A DNA stretch of 64,000 bases, from positions 11,468 through 75,467 of the forward strand of contig CAZNPB010000004.1 of assembly GCA_964574895.1 (NCBI GenBank). Direction: 5' to 3'. Below, piece by piece: positions 34,630 through 42,622 of the stretch (positions within the stretch are counted from its first letter, which is position 1; every line of letters begins with the position of its first letter). This DNA is from an uncultured Eubacteriales bacterium. Its GTDB lineage: Bacteria; Acidobacteriota; Aminicenantia; Aminicenantales; Saccharicenantaceae. The notes beneath the pieces are model-generated. The model was not told the DNA's origin and did no database searches. It saw only the letters and a list, made by a program, of their open reading frames with translations. Position numbers and translations under genes: made by a program.

Positions 34630-35826
34630 TCAACGGGCCAGGCGGTCGAGCTCCTCGAGCTTGAGCCGGACGCTGACGATGTAGGGCGGCTCCCCGGCCG
34701 TCCAATGCCCGTAGGTCGTCGTCACGAAGGTCCCGTCGGGCAGCACGACGACGCCGGGGTAGGCGCAGTCGGCGTCCTCGGTATTGTCCATGAGCCGGAC
34801 CCGGTACCGGCCCTCCCGCCCGGCGACGATGTCTTCGAAGGTCCCGACCCAGGCCACCCAGTCGCCCTTGGTCGGGCTCTCGAGGGTCGTGTCGCGGAAA
34901 GAGATGAACAGGCGCCCGTCCGGGGCGTACGCGCCGGTGTGGCGGTCGCCGGTCAGCGCCCCGGGGAGCTCGCGCGGCGCGCTCCAGGTCTCGCCCTCGT
35001 CCGCCGAAAAGATGACGAAGGAGTTGCGCGTCCGGGTGTTCTCCCGCAGCAGCGCCGCCAGGGTCTTCCCGTCCGGCGAACGGACGAGCCCCGGCTCGCA
35101 GAGATGGACTTGGCCGGAGCGATGCACCGCCTTCGGGAAGGACCAGGTCAGGCCCCCGTCCTCGGAGAACGTCGTGTACAGGGTGAACACGGCCGGCGTT
35201 TCGCGGCGGGGCTCTCGGGCGAAGAACCGGCCGTCGTCGTGGAACATGGCCAGGTACCGGCCCCGCCCGAACGGCCGGCGTTCGACCAGCGCCGACATGA
35301 CCACGATGCCGCCCCAGTCCCCGGCCGGCGCGAGCGGCGTCCAGGCCGCGCCGTCGTCAGCGGACACGGACAGGCGGGCCGGGTAGAGCCCGGACCAGAC
35401 GATGAGCCGCTTGACGCCGTCCGGCCCGGCGACACGGTGGATGGTCGGCGTCTCCAGCGAGGTGGCCCAGTTGTCGGGCACGGGAAGACGATCGCTCCAG
35501 GTCAGGCCGCCGTCGGCGCTGCGCTTCAGGACGATCGGTCCCTTGCCGTGGCCCTTGGGGTAGACCGCGATCATGGTCCGGCCGTCCTCGAGCAGGGCCG
35601 TGGTCGGATGGCCGAGGTACTGGCCCGGCTCGCGGTCGACCACCACCTGCCGCCAGGCTTGCCCGGCCAGATCGACGAGCGGAATGGCGTAGCCGCGCCC
35701 GACCGGACCCGGCGGCTTCGCTTTTCCGGCGCAGGCGGGGAGCGCCGCCAGGGCCATCGCCAGGGCCGCGGCCGGGCCGAAACGCCAGGACCCGGGCTTC
35801 CTTGCCGGTTCGTTCCTTCGCGTCAT
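34630..35826 (-). CDS. BNR/Asp-box sialidase-family lipoprotein
   Basis: Real part of ORF 34630..36597, from ATG 35826 (SD GGAGGA). Asp-box repeats SADGGLTWS, SADDGAAWT, SEDGGLTWS, SADEGETWS. Confidence 0.8.
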   Translation of the reverse strand: MTRRNEPARKPGSWRFGPAAALAMALAALPACAGKAKPPGPVGRGYAIPLVDLAGQAWRQVVVDREPGQYLGHPTTALLEDGRTMIAVYPKGHGKGPIVLKRSADGGLTWSDRLPVPDNWATSLETPTIHRVAGPDGVKRLIVWSGLYPARLSVSADDGAAWTPLAPAGDWGGIVVMSALVERRPFGRGRYLAMFHDDGRFFAREPRRETPAVFTLYTTFSEDGGLTWSFPKAVHRSGQVHLCEPGLVRSPDGKTLAALLRENTRTRNSFVIFSADEGETWSAPRELPGALTGDRHTGAYAPDGRLFISFRDTTLESPTKGDWVAWVGTFEDIVAGREGRYRVRLMDNTEDADCAYPGVVVLPDGTFVTTTYGHWTAGEPPYIVSVRLKLEELDRLAR

Positions 35827-35882
35827 GTCGTTCCTCCCCCGCCCGGTCCTGTCCGCGCCTGGCGGCGGCGCCTCGATCGCCC

Positions 35883-36578
35883 TCAACCGAACAGCTTCAT
35901 CAGCCAGCGATGGAGCGGCAAGACCGGCGCGAAGCGTTCGAAGCAGTAGTCGACGAACTCCGGTCCGTAGAACTCCGGCGGCACCCTGGCCTCGAAGCCG
36001 GCGTAGAGTCCCTTGTGCTTGAGCAGTTCGGCGTTGGGATGGCCCGGGTCGAACCCGGCCGGAACGCGCTTGTAGTGCGCCCCCTCGACCGTGCAGCCGG
36101 GGACGGCCCGGAGCGCGGCCACGATGCGGCCCAGCTCCGCGCCCCGCCGGGAGTCGACCACCGCCTTGCGGTAGCGGGCCAGCAGCGCGTCCGGGATCAT
36201 GTACAGGCCGCCGCCGAGCGTGACGTCCGGCGGCTCGAGGCCGACGTAGAAGCCGGACGATTCCATCCGCGAGCGGGCCCCGTCCCAGAAATAGATCCCC
36301 AGGTTCGTCTTGTACGGCGCCGGATCGAGGCTGAAGCGGGTGTCGCGGTTGATGCGGAAGATCGATTTGTTGACCGCGGGCACGGCCACGATCGCCGGGA
36401 CGATCGTCTTCAGCTTGGCCCCCATGGCCGTGACGAAGAGCTTGGCCGGGCCCAGGACGCGCCCCTCGTAGGTCTCCCGGTGGGCCTCGAACCAGGCCTT
36501 GGTGTTGTTCCGCCGCAGGTCCGCGTAAAAACGCACGGTCGCTTTGGAAAATCCGGCGAAGACGGGCCGATCGCTCAT
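35883..36578 (-). CDS. DUF2461 (TIGR02453) family protein
   Basis: Real part of ORF 35883..37022, from ATG 36578. FSKATVRFYADLRRNNTKAWFEAHRETYE is typical of this family. Confidence 0.75.
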   Translation of the reverse strand: MSDRPVFAGFSKATVRFYADLRRNNTKAWFEAHRETYEGRVLGPAKLFVTAMGAKLKTIVPAIVAVPAVNKSIFRINRDTRFSLDPAPYKTNLGIYFWDGARSRMESSGFYVGLEPPDVTLGGGLYMIPDALLARYRKAVVDSRRGAELGRIVAALRAVPGCTVEGAHYKRVPAGFDPGHPNAELLKHKGLYAGFEARVPPEFYGPEFVDYCFERFAPVLPLHRWLMKLFG

Positions 36579-36606
36579 GTCGCCCTCCCGACGCCATTCT
36601 ACCAAA

Positions 36607-36636
36607 TTGCCAGGACCGAAGTCGCTATGGTATAGA
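36607..36636 (+). promoter_or_regulatory. candidate promoter (TTGCCA-18-TATAGA, TG-extended)
   Basis: TTGCCA 36607-36612, TGGTATAGA ending at 36636. SD GAAGGAG before ATG 36657. Confidence 0.45.
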
Positions 36637-36656
36637 AAGGGGCGAAGGAGCCCGCC

Positions 36657-37004
36657 ATGGATCCGATCGATTGGGCCCGGGAGTTCCCGGGAGCGGTCAC
36701 GGTCTGTGACACCGAAGGCCGCATCCTCGAGATGAACGCCGCGTCGCGCCTCGTCTTCGCCGCCGACGGCGGGGACAAGCTCATCGGGACGAACGTCCTC
36801 GACTGCCACCCGGAACCCAGCCGCTCGAAGCTCCGGGCCATGATGGCCGAGCGGCGGGCCAACGTCTACACCATCCAGAAGAACGGCCGCAAGAAGCTCA
36901 TCTACCAGGCGCCCTGGTTCCGGGACGGGGCCTACGCTGGCTTCGTCGAGCTGTCGCTCGAGATCCCCTTGGACATGCCCCATTTCGAAAGGGGTCAAAC
37001 CTAA
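36657..37004 (+). CDS. single PAS-domain protein
   Basis: 115 aa. PAS-like core. The last codons (..RGQT) and the TAA stop lie inside the family-1 element. Confidence 0.7.
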   Translation: MDPIDWAREFPGAVTVCDTEGRILEMNAASRLVFAADGGDKLIGTNVLDCHPEPSRSKLRAMMAERRANVYTIQKNGRKKLIYQAPWFRDGAYAGFVELSLEIPLDMPHFERGQT

Positions 37005-37082
37005 ATTAATTCGATTTCGCACGCCTATCTGATGACATCGGGGGGCGGCCGAAAAAGTTAATTAATTTAGGTTTGACCCCTT
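36989..37082. repeat. family-1 palindromic element
   Basis: AAGGGGTCAAACCTAAATTAAT (36989-37010) is the exact reverse complement of 37061-37082. The first 19 nt are identical to the copy at 1839. Confidence 0.8.
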
Positions 37083-37083
37083 C

Positions 37084-38940
37084 TTAGAGCAGCGCGGTGG
37101 TCAGCAGCGGCACGTAGGTGATCAGCAGGACCGTGGCCAGGCCGATGGCCAGGAAGACGAGCACGTCCCGATAGACCCGGGTGATCGGCTCCTCGAAGCG
37201 GTAGCAGGCCAGATACAGGTTCAGTCCGACAGGCGGCGTCAGGTAGCCCAGCTCCAGGTTGGCCAAAAAGATGATGCCCAGATGGACGGGATGGATGTGG
37301 AACAAGGCCCCCAGCGGCAGGATGAGGGGCACGACGACCAGGATGGCCGAGTAGATGTCCATGAAGCAGCCGACGACGAGCAGGGCCAGGTTGAGCAGCA
37401 GCAGGAAGACCAGCGGCGAGGCGATGTGCGCCGCCGCCCACTCGCTCAACCGCTGCGGGATCTGGGCGTCGATGATGTAGTAGGACAGCCCGTTGGCCAG
37501 GGCCATGATGAGGAGCACCCCGCCGATGATGGGCACGGCCTTGAGCAGGATGCGGGACAGGTCGCGGAGACGGATGTCCCTCTTGACGAAGGTCTCGACG
37601 ATCCAGACGTAGAGCAGGGCCGCCGCCGCGCTCTCCTGGAGGCTGACGAGGCCCCCGAAATAGAGCCCGAAGACGAGGAACGGCAGCAGCAGCTCCCAAA
37701 CGGACTCGCGGAGCGCCGCCGCGGCCTCGCGGAGCTTCAGGGGATGGCGCGGCAGGCCGTGCTTCCAGGAATAGACGACGCCCACCGACATGACCGAGAC
37801 GACCAGGATCAGGCCCGGCACGAGGCCGCCCACGAACATGTCCTTGATGCTCGTCTGCGAGGTCACGCCGTAGATGATGACCGGCAGGCTGGGCGCGAAG
37901 AGCAGCCCGATGCTGCCCGAGGCCGTCAGCAGGCCGACCGTGAAGCGCTTGGGATAGCCCGCCTTTTCCAGGATGACGGCCAGCAGGCCGCCCAGGGCCA
38001 GGATGGTGACGCCCGAAGCGCCGGTGAAGGTCGTGAAGAAGGCGCAGACGACGACCGCCATGACCGTCAGCCCGCCGGGGAACCAGCCGAAGAGGGCCTG
38101 GAAGAGGCGCACCAGCCTCTCCCCCGCCCGGCTCTCCGACAGGAAGAAGCCGACGGCCGCGAACAGCGGGATGGCCGGGATGGCGTTCCCGGTCAGAACG
38201 GCGTAGGCCTGGTTGGGGACGATCTCGAGCGGCAGGCCGGCCTTGGCGAAGAGCAGGAAGCCGACCCCGCCCAGAACGGCGAAGATGGGCAGACCGAAGA
38301 AGGCGGCCGCGACGAGGACGGCGATGAGCGGCCCGGCCAGTCCGGCGACGACCGGCTTCAGGAAGGCGGCCGCCGCCGCGAGCGCCGGCCAGTCCCGCGC
38401 CCCGCCGGCCGTGACCAGTTGGACGAGCGGCTCGAAGCCCAGCCCGAGGCCGAGGACGACGGCCGCGGCGGCCGCCCCGCGCCGGGCGCCCTTCTTCGCG
38501 ATCCCGGCGATGAAGCGCGCGCTCATGGCCAGGAAGCCGGCGGCCATGACCAGCACGACCAGGCGCTTGGGCAGGACGCCGACCCGTTCGGCCGCGGTGA
38601 AGGCGTTCCAGGCGAAGGACAGGGCGCTCAGCCCGAAGGCCAGGGTCAGCCCCGAGGCCAGGGCGGCCGTAACCGCCTCGGCGGCCGGCTTGATCCGCTC
38701 CGGCAGGAACATCCCCGTGGCCAGGGCCAGGTGCCGTTTCTCGCGCGACGTGATGGCCGCGGCGACGAAAGCGGCCGCGAGCACCAGGTGCTCGACGGCC
38801 ACGCCGGAATTGCGGATCCCGGTGTCGAAGACCTTGCGGGCCACGGCCTCGGCGATCAGCGTCCAGGCCAGCGCGAAGAGGGCCAGGACGGCCAGCGCGT
38901 CCTCGGCGGCCCGGAAGCCGCGTCCGATCTTAACGGCCAT
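37084..38940 (-). CDS. TRAP transporter fused small/large permease (DctQ-DctM type)
   Basis: 618 aa. About 160-aa DctQ-like N-terminal part, then a 12-or-more-TM DctM-like part. Confidence 0.85.
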   Translation of the reverse strand: MAVKIGRGFRAAEDALAVLALFALAWTLIAEAVARKVFDTGIRNSGVAVEHLVLAAAFVAAAITSREKRHLALATGMFLPERIKPAAEAVTAALASGLTLAFGLSALSFAWNAFTAAERVGVLPKRLVVLVMAAGFLAMSARFIAGIAKKGARRGAAAAAVVLGLGLGFEPLVQLVTAGGARDWPALAAAAAFLKPVVAGLAGPLIAVLVAAAFFGLPIFAVLGGVGFLLFAKAGLPLEIVPNQAYAVLTGNAIPAIPLFAAVGFFLSESRAGERLVRLFQALFGWFPGGLTVMAVVVCAFFTTFTGASGVTILALGGLLAVILEKAGYPKRFTVGLLTASGSIGLLFAPSLPVIIYGVTSQTSIKDMFVGGLVPGLILVVSVMSVGVVYSWKHGLPRHPLKLREAAAALRESVWELLLPFLVFGLYFGGLVSLQESAAAALLYVWIVETFVKRDIRLRDLSRILLKAVPIIGGVLLIMALANGLSYYIIDAQIPQRLSEWAAAHIASPLVFLLLLNLALLVVGCFMDIYSAILVVVPLILPLGALFHIHPVHLGIIFLANLELGYLTPPVGLNLYLACYRFEEPITRVYRDVLVFLAIGLATVLLITYVPLLTTALL

Positions 38941-39973
38941 GGGTCTTGCGGTAGTCGAGCAGGCCGGCGGCCACCCGGTCGTAGATGTCCTTGGAAAAGA
39001 CCGGGCCGACGAGCCCCTGGACCGCCCGGTCGGCGGCCGTCCGCCATTTGTCCATGGCTTCGGGCGAAGGCTCGTGGACGGTCAGGCCGTTGTCCTTCAT
39101 CATCTTGACGGCGTCGGCCTCGAGCCGCATGGTCTCCTCGTAGAGCCCCCGGGCCGCCCGGGCCACCGCGTCCTGGAACGGGCCCCGGAGCTCGGCCGGG
39201 ACGGCGGCCCAGGCCTTGTCGCCCAAAACCAGGCCGCCGACGAGGGGGGCCAGGGAGGGGGCCAGCATGTGGTCGGCCAGGGCGAAGAACTGGCCCGAGC
39301 CGGCGACGAGGGGCGGCAGATAGAGGGCCGTCACGGCGCCGCTCTGGAGCTGGATCATGAGATCGTTGTTGTCGGAGGCCACGACCTCGTAGCCCATCCG
39401 CTTCCAGACCTGTTCGACTTCCGGGAAATCGGCCGTGACGTTGATCTTGTGCTTCTTCAGATCGTCGGGCTCGAGGACCGGGGTCTTGGAGAAGAAATTG
39501 ACCCAGCCGGCCAGCGTCCAGAGCATGACCCGGAAACCCTTCCGCTCGAGGGCCGCCTCGAACGAGGGCTTCAGGCGCTCGAAGACGGCGTCGAACTCCT
39601 CCCGCGAATGGAATTGGAAGGGGATGCAGAGGACGGTCACCGAATGCTCGATCTTGGCCAGTCCCATCGAGGAAAAGACGCCGCCCTGAAGGACGCCCAG
39701 ACGCATCTTGCGGATCATGTCCTGCTCGCTGCCGGCGATGCCCCCGGGGTAGACCTTGACCTGGACGGCGCCGCCCGACAGCCGCTCCCATTCGTTGGCC
39801 ACCTGTTGGAGGGCCTTGTCCCAGGGCGAGCGGGCCGGGGCGACGCTGCCGATCTTGAGGACGACGGCCCCGGAGGCGGCGGCGGCCGGGCGGGGGCCGG
39901 ACGGCCGCCCGGCGAGCGGGCCGGCGGTCGTCAGGGCGGCCAGGACGGCGGCCGCGAGGATCTTCTCGATCAT
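38930..39973 (-). CDS. TRAP transporter solute-binding protein (DctP/TatP-like)
   Basis: Real part of ORF 38930..40957, from ATG 39973. Signal peptide. LKIGSVAPARSPWDKAL... Overlaps both neighbouring genes. Confidence 0.85.
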   Translation of the reverse strand: MIEKILAAAVLAALTTAGPLAGRPSGPRPAAAASGAVVLKIGSVAPARSPWDKALQQVANEWERLSGGAVQVKVYPGGIAGSEQDMIRKMRLGVLQGGVFSSMGLAKIEHSVTVLCIPFQFHSREEFDAVFERLKPSFEAALERKGFRVMLWTLAGWVNFFSKTPVLEPDDLKKHKINVTADFPEVEQVWKRMGYEVVASDNNDLMIQLQSGAVTALYLPPLVAGSGQFFALADHMLAPSLAPLVGGLVLGDKAWAAVPAELRGPFQDAVARAARGLYEETMRLEADAVKMMKDNGLTVHEPSPEAMDKWRTAADRAVQGLVGPVFSKDIYDRVAAGLLDYRKTHGR

Positions 39974-40944
39974 GGCTGTTCCGTTTCGATGAAATAATCG
40001 TCGATGTGGTCCAGGAGCCAGCGGGCCTTGCGCCGGTTGAGCGTGTTGACCAGGCGTTTGGCCGGACAGCTCTCCGGATCGAAGGCCAGGACCCGTCCGA
40101 GCAGGTCCCTGAACTCGGCCGCCTTCTGCTCCTTGACGCAGACCGTCGTGGCCAGGGCCAGGAGGGACGAAGTATCGGTCCGGCCGGCCAGGGCCTGGGC
40201 CCGGGCGAAATGCTCGCGGGCCTTGTCCGGATCGCCGCCGAGGTCGTCCGGGAGCGACCCGTAATAGCCGACATAGAAGGAGTCCAGGGCGCCGTGCCCG
40301 TAGTCCGGCTCGAGCTCGGCCACCCGCTCGATCATGGCCCGCGTCCGGGGCACGGTCTGGCCGAGGGTCATGTCGAAGGGGTCGACCGAGAACGCGGCCA
40401 GCCAGCCGAGGGCGGCCCAATAGAGGAGATCGACGTCTTTCCGGCCGAAGGGGGCCAGGGCGGCCCGGTAGCGGCGGTCCTTGAATTGGGCCCGGATGGC
40501 CGGGTTCCTCTTCTCCAGCGCGACGAAGAGCATGTCCCGGCCGCGGAGATAGAGGTTCTTGGCCCGGGCCAGAAGATATTCCTTCTCGGCCAGCCGGCTG
40601 CGCGGGATCGTGTCGGCGGGCGTTTCGACGAAGGCGTTGGCGTACATGATGTACAGGCTGCCGGTGCGCAGACGCAGCCCGGGATGGTCCGGCAGGGAGG
40701 CGAGGAGCGTCTCGTAGAGCTTGATGGCGAAAGGCAGGGCCTGGCCGACCAGGTCGGGATCGTTGTCGGTGCTGAAGACGTCGGCCGATGACGGACCGGA
40801 GAGCAGGCCGGCGGCTTTCCGGAGAGCCAGCTTTTCGACCGAGCAGGCGCCGAGCGAAACGAGCAGGGCCAGGGCCGGAACGAGGGCCGCCGTCCCGGGC
40901 CGCCAAGGCCCGCGCCGCCTGCGATCCCCCCGCGATCGGAACAT
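39970..40944 (-). CDS. TatT-type TPR lipoprotein of TPR-protein-associated TRAP transporters
   Basis: 324 aa. Lipobox LVSLGAC. DNDPDLVGQALPFAIKLYETLL...ALDSFYVGYYGSLP pattern of the TRAP-T TatT component family. Confidence 0.75.
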   Translation of the reverse strand: MFRSRGDRRRRGPWRPGTAALVPALALLVSLGACSVEKLALRKAAGLLSGPSSADVFSTDNDPDLVGQALPFAIKLYETLLASLPDHPGLRLRTGSLYIMYANAFVETPADTIPRSRLAEKEYLLARAKNLYLRGRDMLFVALEKRNPAIRAQFKDRRYRAALAPFGRKDVDLLYWAALGWLAAFSVDPFDMTLGQTVPRTRAMIERVAELEPDYGHGALDSFYVGYYGSLPDDLGGDPDKAREHFARAQALAGRTDTSSLLALATTVCVKEQKAAEFRDLLGRVLAFDPESCPAKRLVNTLNRRKARWLLDHIDDYFIETEQP

Positions 40945-41064
40945 GACTCGGACTCACCCCGATCCTAGCGCCTCAAGGATAGGCCCCAGGTCGGCGTTAG
41001 TCAAATCGGCGGGCGGGGGGCGAAAGGGCGGGGCCGGCGCCAGCGGAGGCCGGCCAAAACGGGG

Positions 41065-42447
41065 CTAGGCCCGGCGCCGGGAGACGCGGCGAAAAAAGAA
41101 ATAAACGGGGATGCCCGCCAGGGCGGTGGCGATGGCCACCAGGGACTCGGCCGGCTGGCGCAGAAAGGCCAGGATCAGGATGGCGGCGCCGACCAGGAGA
41201 TAGACGGCCGAAGCCACCGGGTAGCCCGGCAGCTTGACCGCGCTCCGGCCGCTGCGGCGGAGCTTGAAGACGCCCAAGACGGCCAGCAGGGGGAAGATGC
41301 CGAGGGAGAAGCCCATGTAGGTCAGCAGCTGCTCGAAGGTCCCGAACAGGACCATGACGGCCGCGATGCCGCCCTGCAGCAGGATGGACCGGGTCGGGAC
41401 GCCGCACTTCGGGTCGACGAAAGCGAGGGCTTTAAAGAAGATGCCGTCCCGGGACATCGAATAATAGACCCGCGGCCCGAGGATGAGATAGGCGCTCAAG
41501 GACGAGAACAGGGCGAACGAGATCAGCAGCGAGAGGACCGTCCCGGCCGACGGGCCGAAGAGGTTGCCGGCCGCCAGGCCGGCCACCGAGATGACGCCCT
41601 CCATCTGGGCGGGCGGGATGGCGTAGATGTAGAAGAGGTTGAGGGCGGCGTAGAGGGCCATGACCACGCCCGTGCCCAGCAGGAGCGAGCGCGGCAGGTT
41701 GCGGGAGGGGTCGCGGACCTCGGAGCCGACGTAGGCCGAGGCGTTCCAGCCGCTGTAGGCGAACATGATCCACATCAGGGACAGGCCCATCGTCTTGAGG
41801 CCGGCGAAATCGAGGCGGAAGGGCGCCGCGGCCGTCAGGTGGGCCAGGCTGCCGCGGCCGAAAGCGAAGCCGGCCCCGACCAGGCCGACGATGAGCAGGA
41901 TCTTGAGCCCGGTCAGGGCGTTCTGGACCCGGGCCCCGGATTCCAGGCCGCGCGTGTGGAGGAAAGTGAAAGCGGCGATGATCAGGATGGCGTAGATCTT
42001 CTTCATGACCAGGGCTTCGCCGGCGACGGGCAGGAGGCCGGGCGTGAGCAGGCCGGGGAAGGCCCGGGTCAGGTACTCGGAGAAGCCGATGGCCGAAGCG
42101 GCGATGGGCGCCGAGAAGCCGACGAAGAAGGAGACCCAGCCCGACAGGAAGCCGAGGATGGGGTGATAGAGGCGCGAGAGGAAGGCGTATTCGCCGCCGG
42201 CCTGGGGGAAGGCCGCGCCGAGCTCGCCGTAGCTCAAGGCGCCGCAGAGGGCGATCAGGCCGCCGACGAGCCAGAGGGCCAGCATGACCCGCGGATCGTG
42301 GAGGTCGCCCATCAGCAGGCCCGAGGTCGTGAAGATGCCGGCCCCGATCATGTTGGCGATGACGATGTTGGTCAGCGGGAAAAGGCCGAGCTTGCGCTCC
42401 AGGCCGTTCGCCGCGGCGGGGCCGGGCCTTGTCTGTCGATCGTTCAC
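41065..42447 (-). CDS. APC-family amino-acid permease
   Basis: 460 aa from GTG 42447 (SD GGAG). 12 TM. NMIGAGIFTTSG motif. Confidence 0.85.
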   Translation of the reverse strand: MNDRQTRPGPAAANGLERKLGLFPLTNIVIANMIGAGIFTTSGLLMGDLHDPRVMLALWLVGGLIALCGALSYGELGAAFPQAGGEYAFLSRLYHPILGFLSGWVSFFVGFSAPIAASAIGFSEYLTRAFPGLLTPGLLPVAGEALVMKKIYAILIIAAFTFLHTRGLESGARVQNALTGLKILLIVGLVGAGFAFGRGSLAHLTAAAPFRLDFAGLKTMGLSLMWIMFAYSGWNASAYVGSEVRDPSRNLPRSLLLGTGVVMALYAALNLFYIYAIPPAQMEGVISVAGLAAGNLFGPSAGTVLSLLISFALFSSLSAYLILGPRVYYSMSRDGIFFKALAFVDPKCGVPTRSILLQGGIAAVMVLFGTFEQLLTYMGFSLGIFPLLAVLGVFKLRRSGRSAVKLPGYPVASAVYLLVGAAILILAFLRQPAESLVAIATALAGIPVYFFFRRVSRRRA

Positions 42448-42474
42448 GTCGTTCGCTCCATCGGTCGAGCCCCT

Positions 42475-42503
42475 ACTCTAGCCGCGCCGGCCGGGGCTGT
42501 CAA
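42475..42503 (-). promoter_or_regulatory. permease promoter (TTGACA-17-TAGAGT)
   Basis: Minus strand: GGGTTTGACA at 42503-42498, TAGAGT at 42480-42475. Confidence 0.55.
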
Positions 42504-42577
42504 ACCCGCGCAGCGCCGCCTTTCCTAAAGGTCTCTCCCGGATGCCCGGCTCCGTGTTGCGCCGCCGGGCTTCCGCC

Positions 42578-42622
42578 GGTCGCTCCTCAGGATCCGCTCC
42601 CGGATGCAGGTTTGACCCCATC
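42578..42622. repeat. left 45-nt inverted repeat (family-1b) bracketing the secA-like locus
   Basis: The reverse complement GATGGGGTCAAACCTGCATCCGGGAGCGGATCCTGAGGAGCGACC matches 45400-45444 at 38 of 45 positions. It overlaps the last 12 codons of the secA-like gene. Confidence 0.75.
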
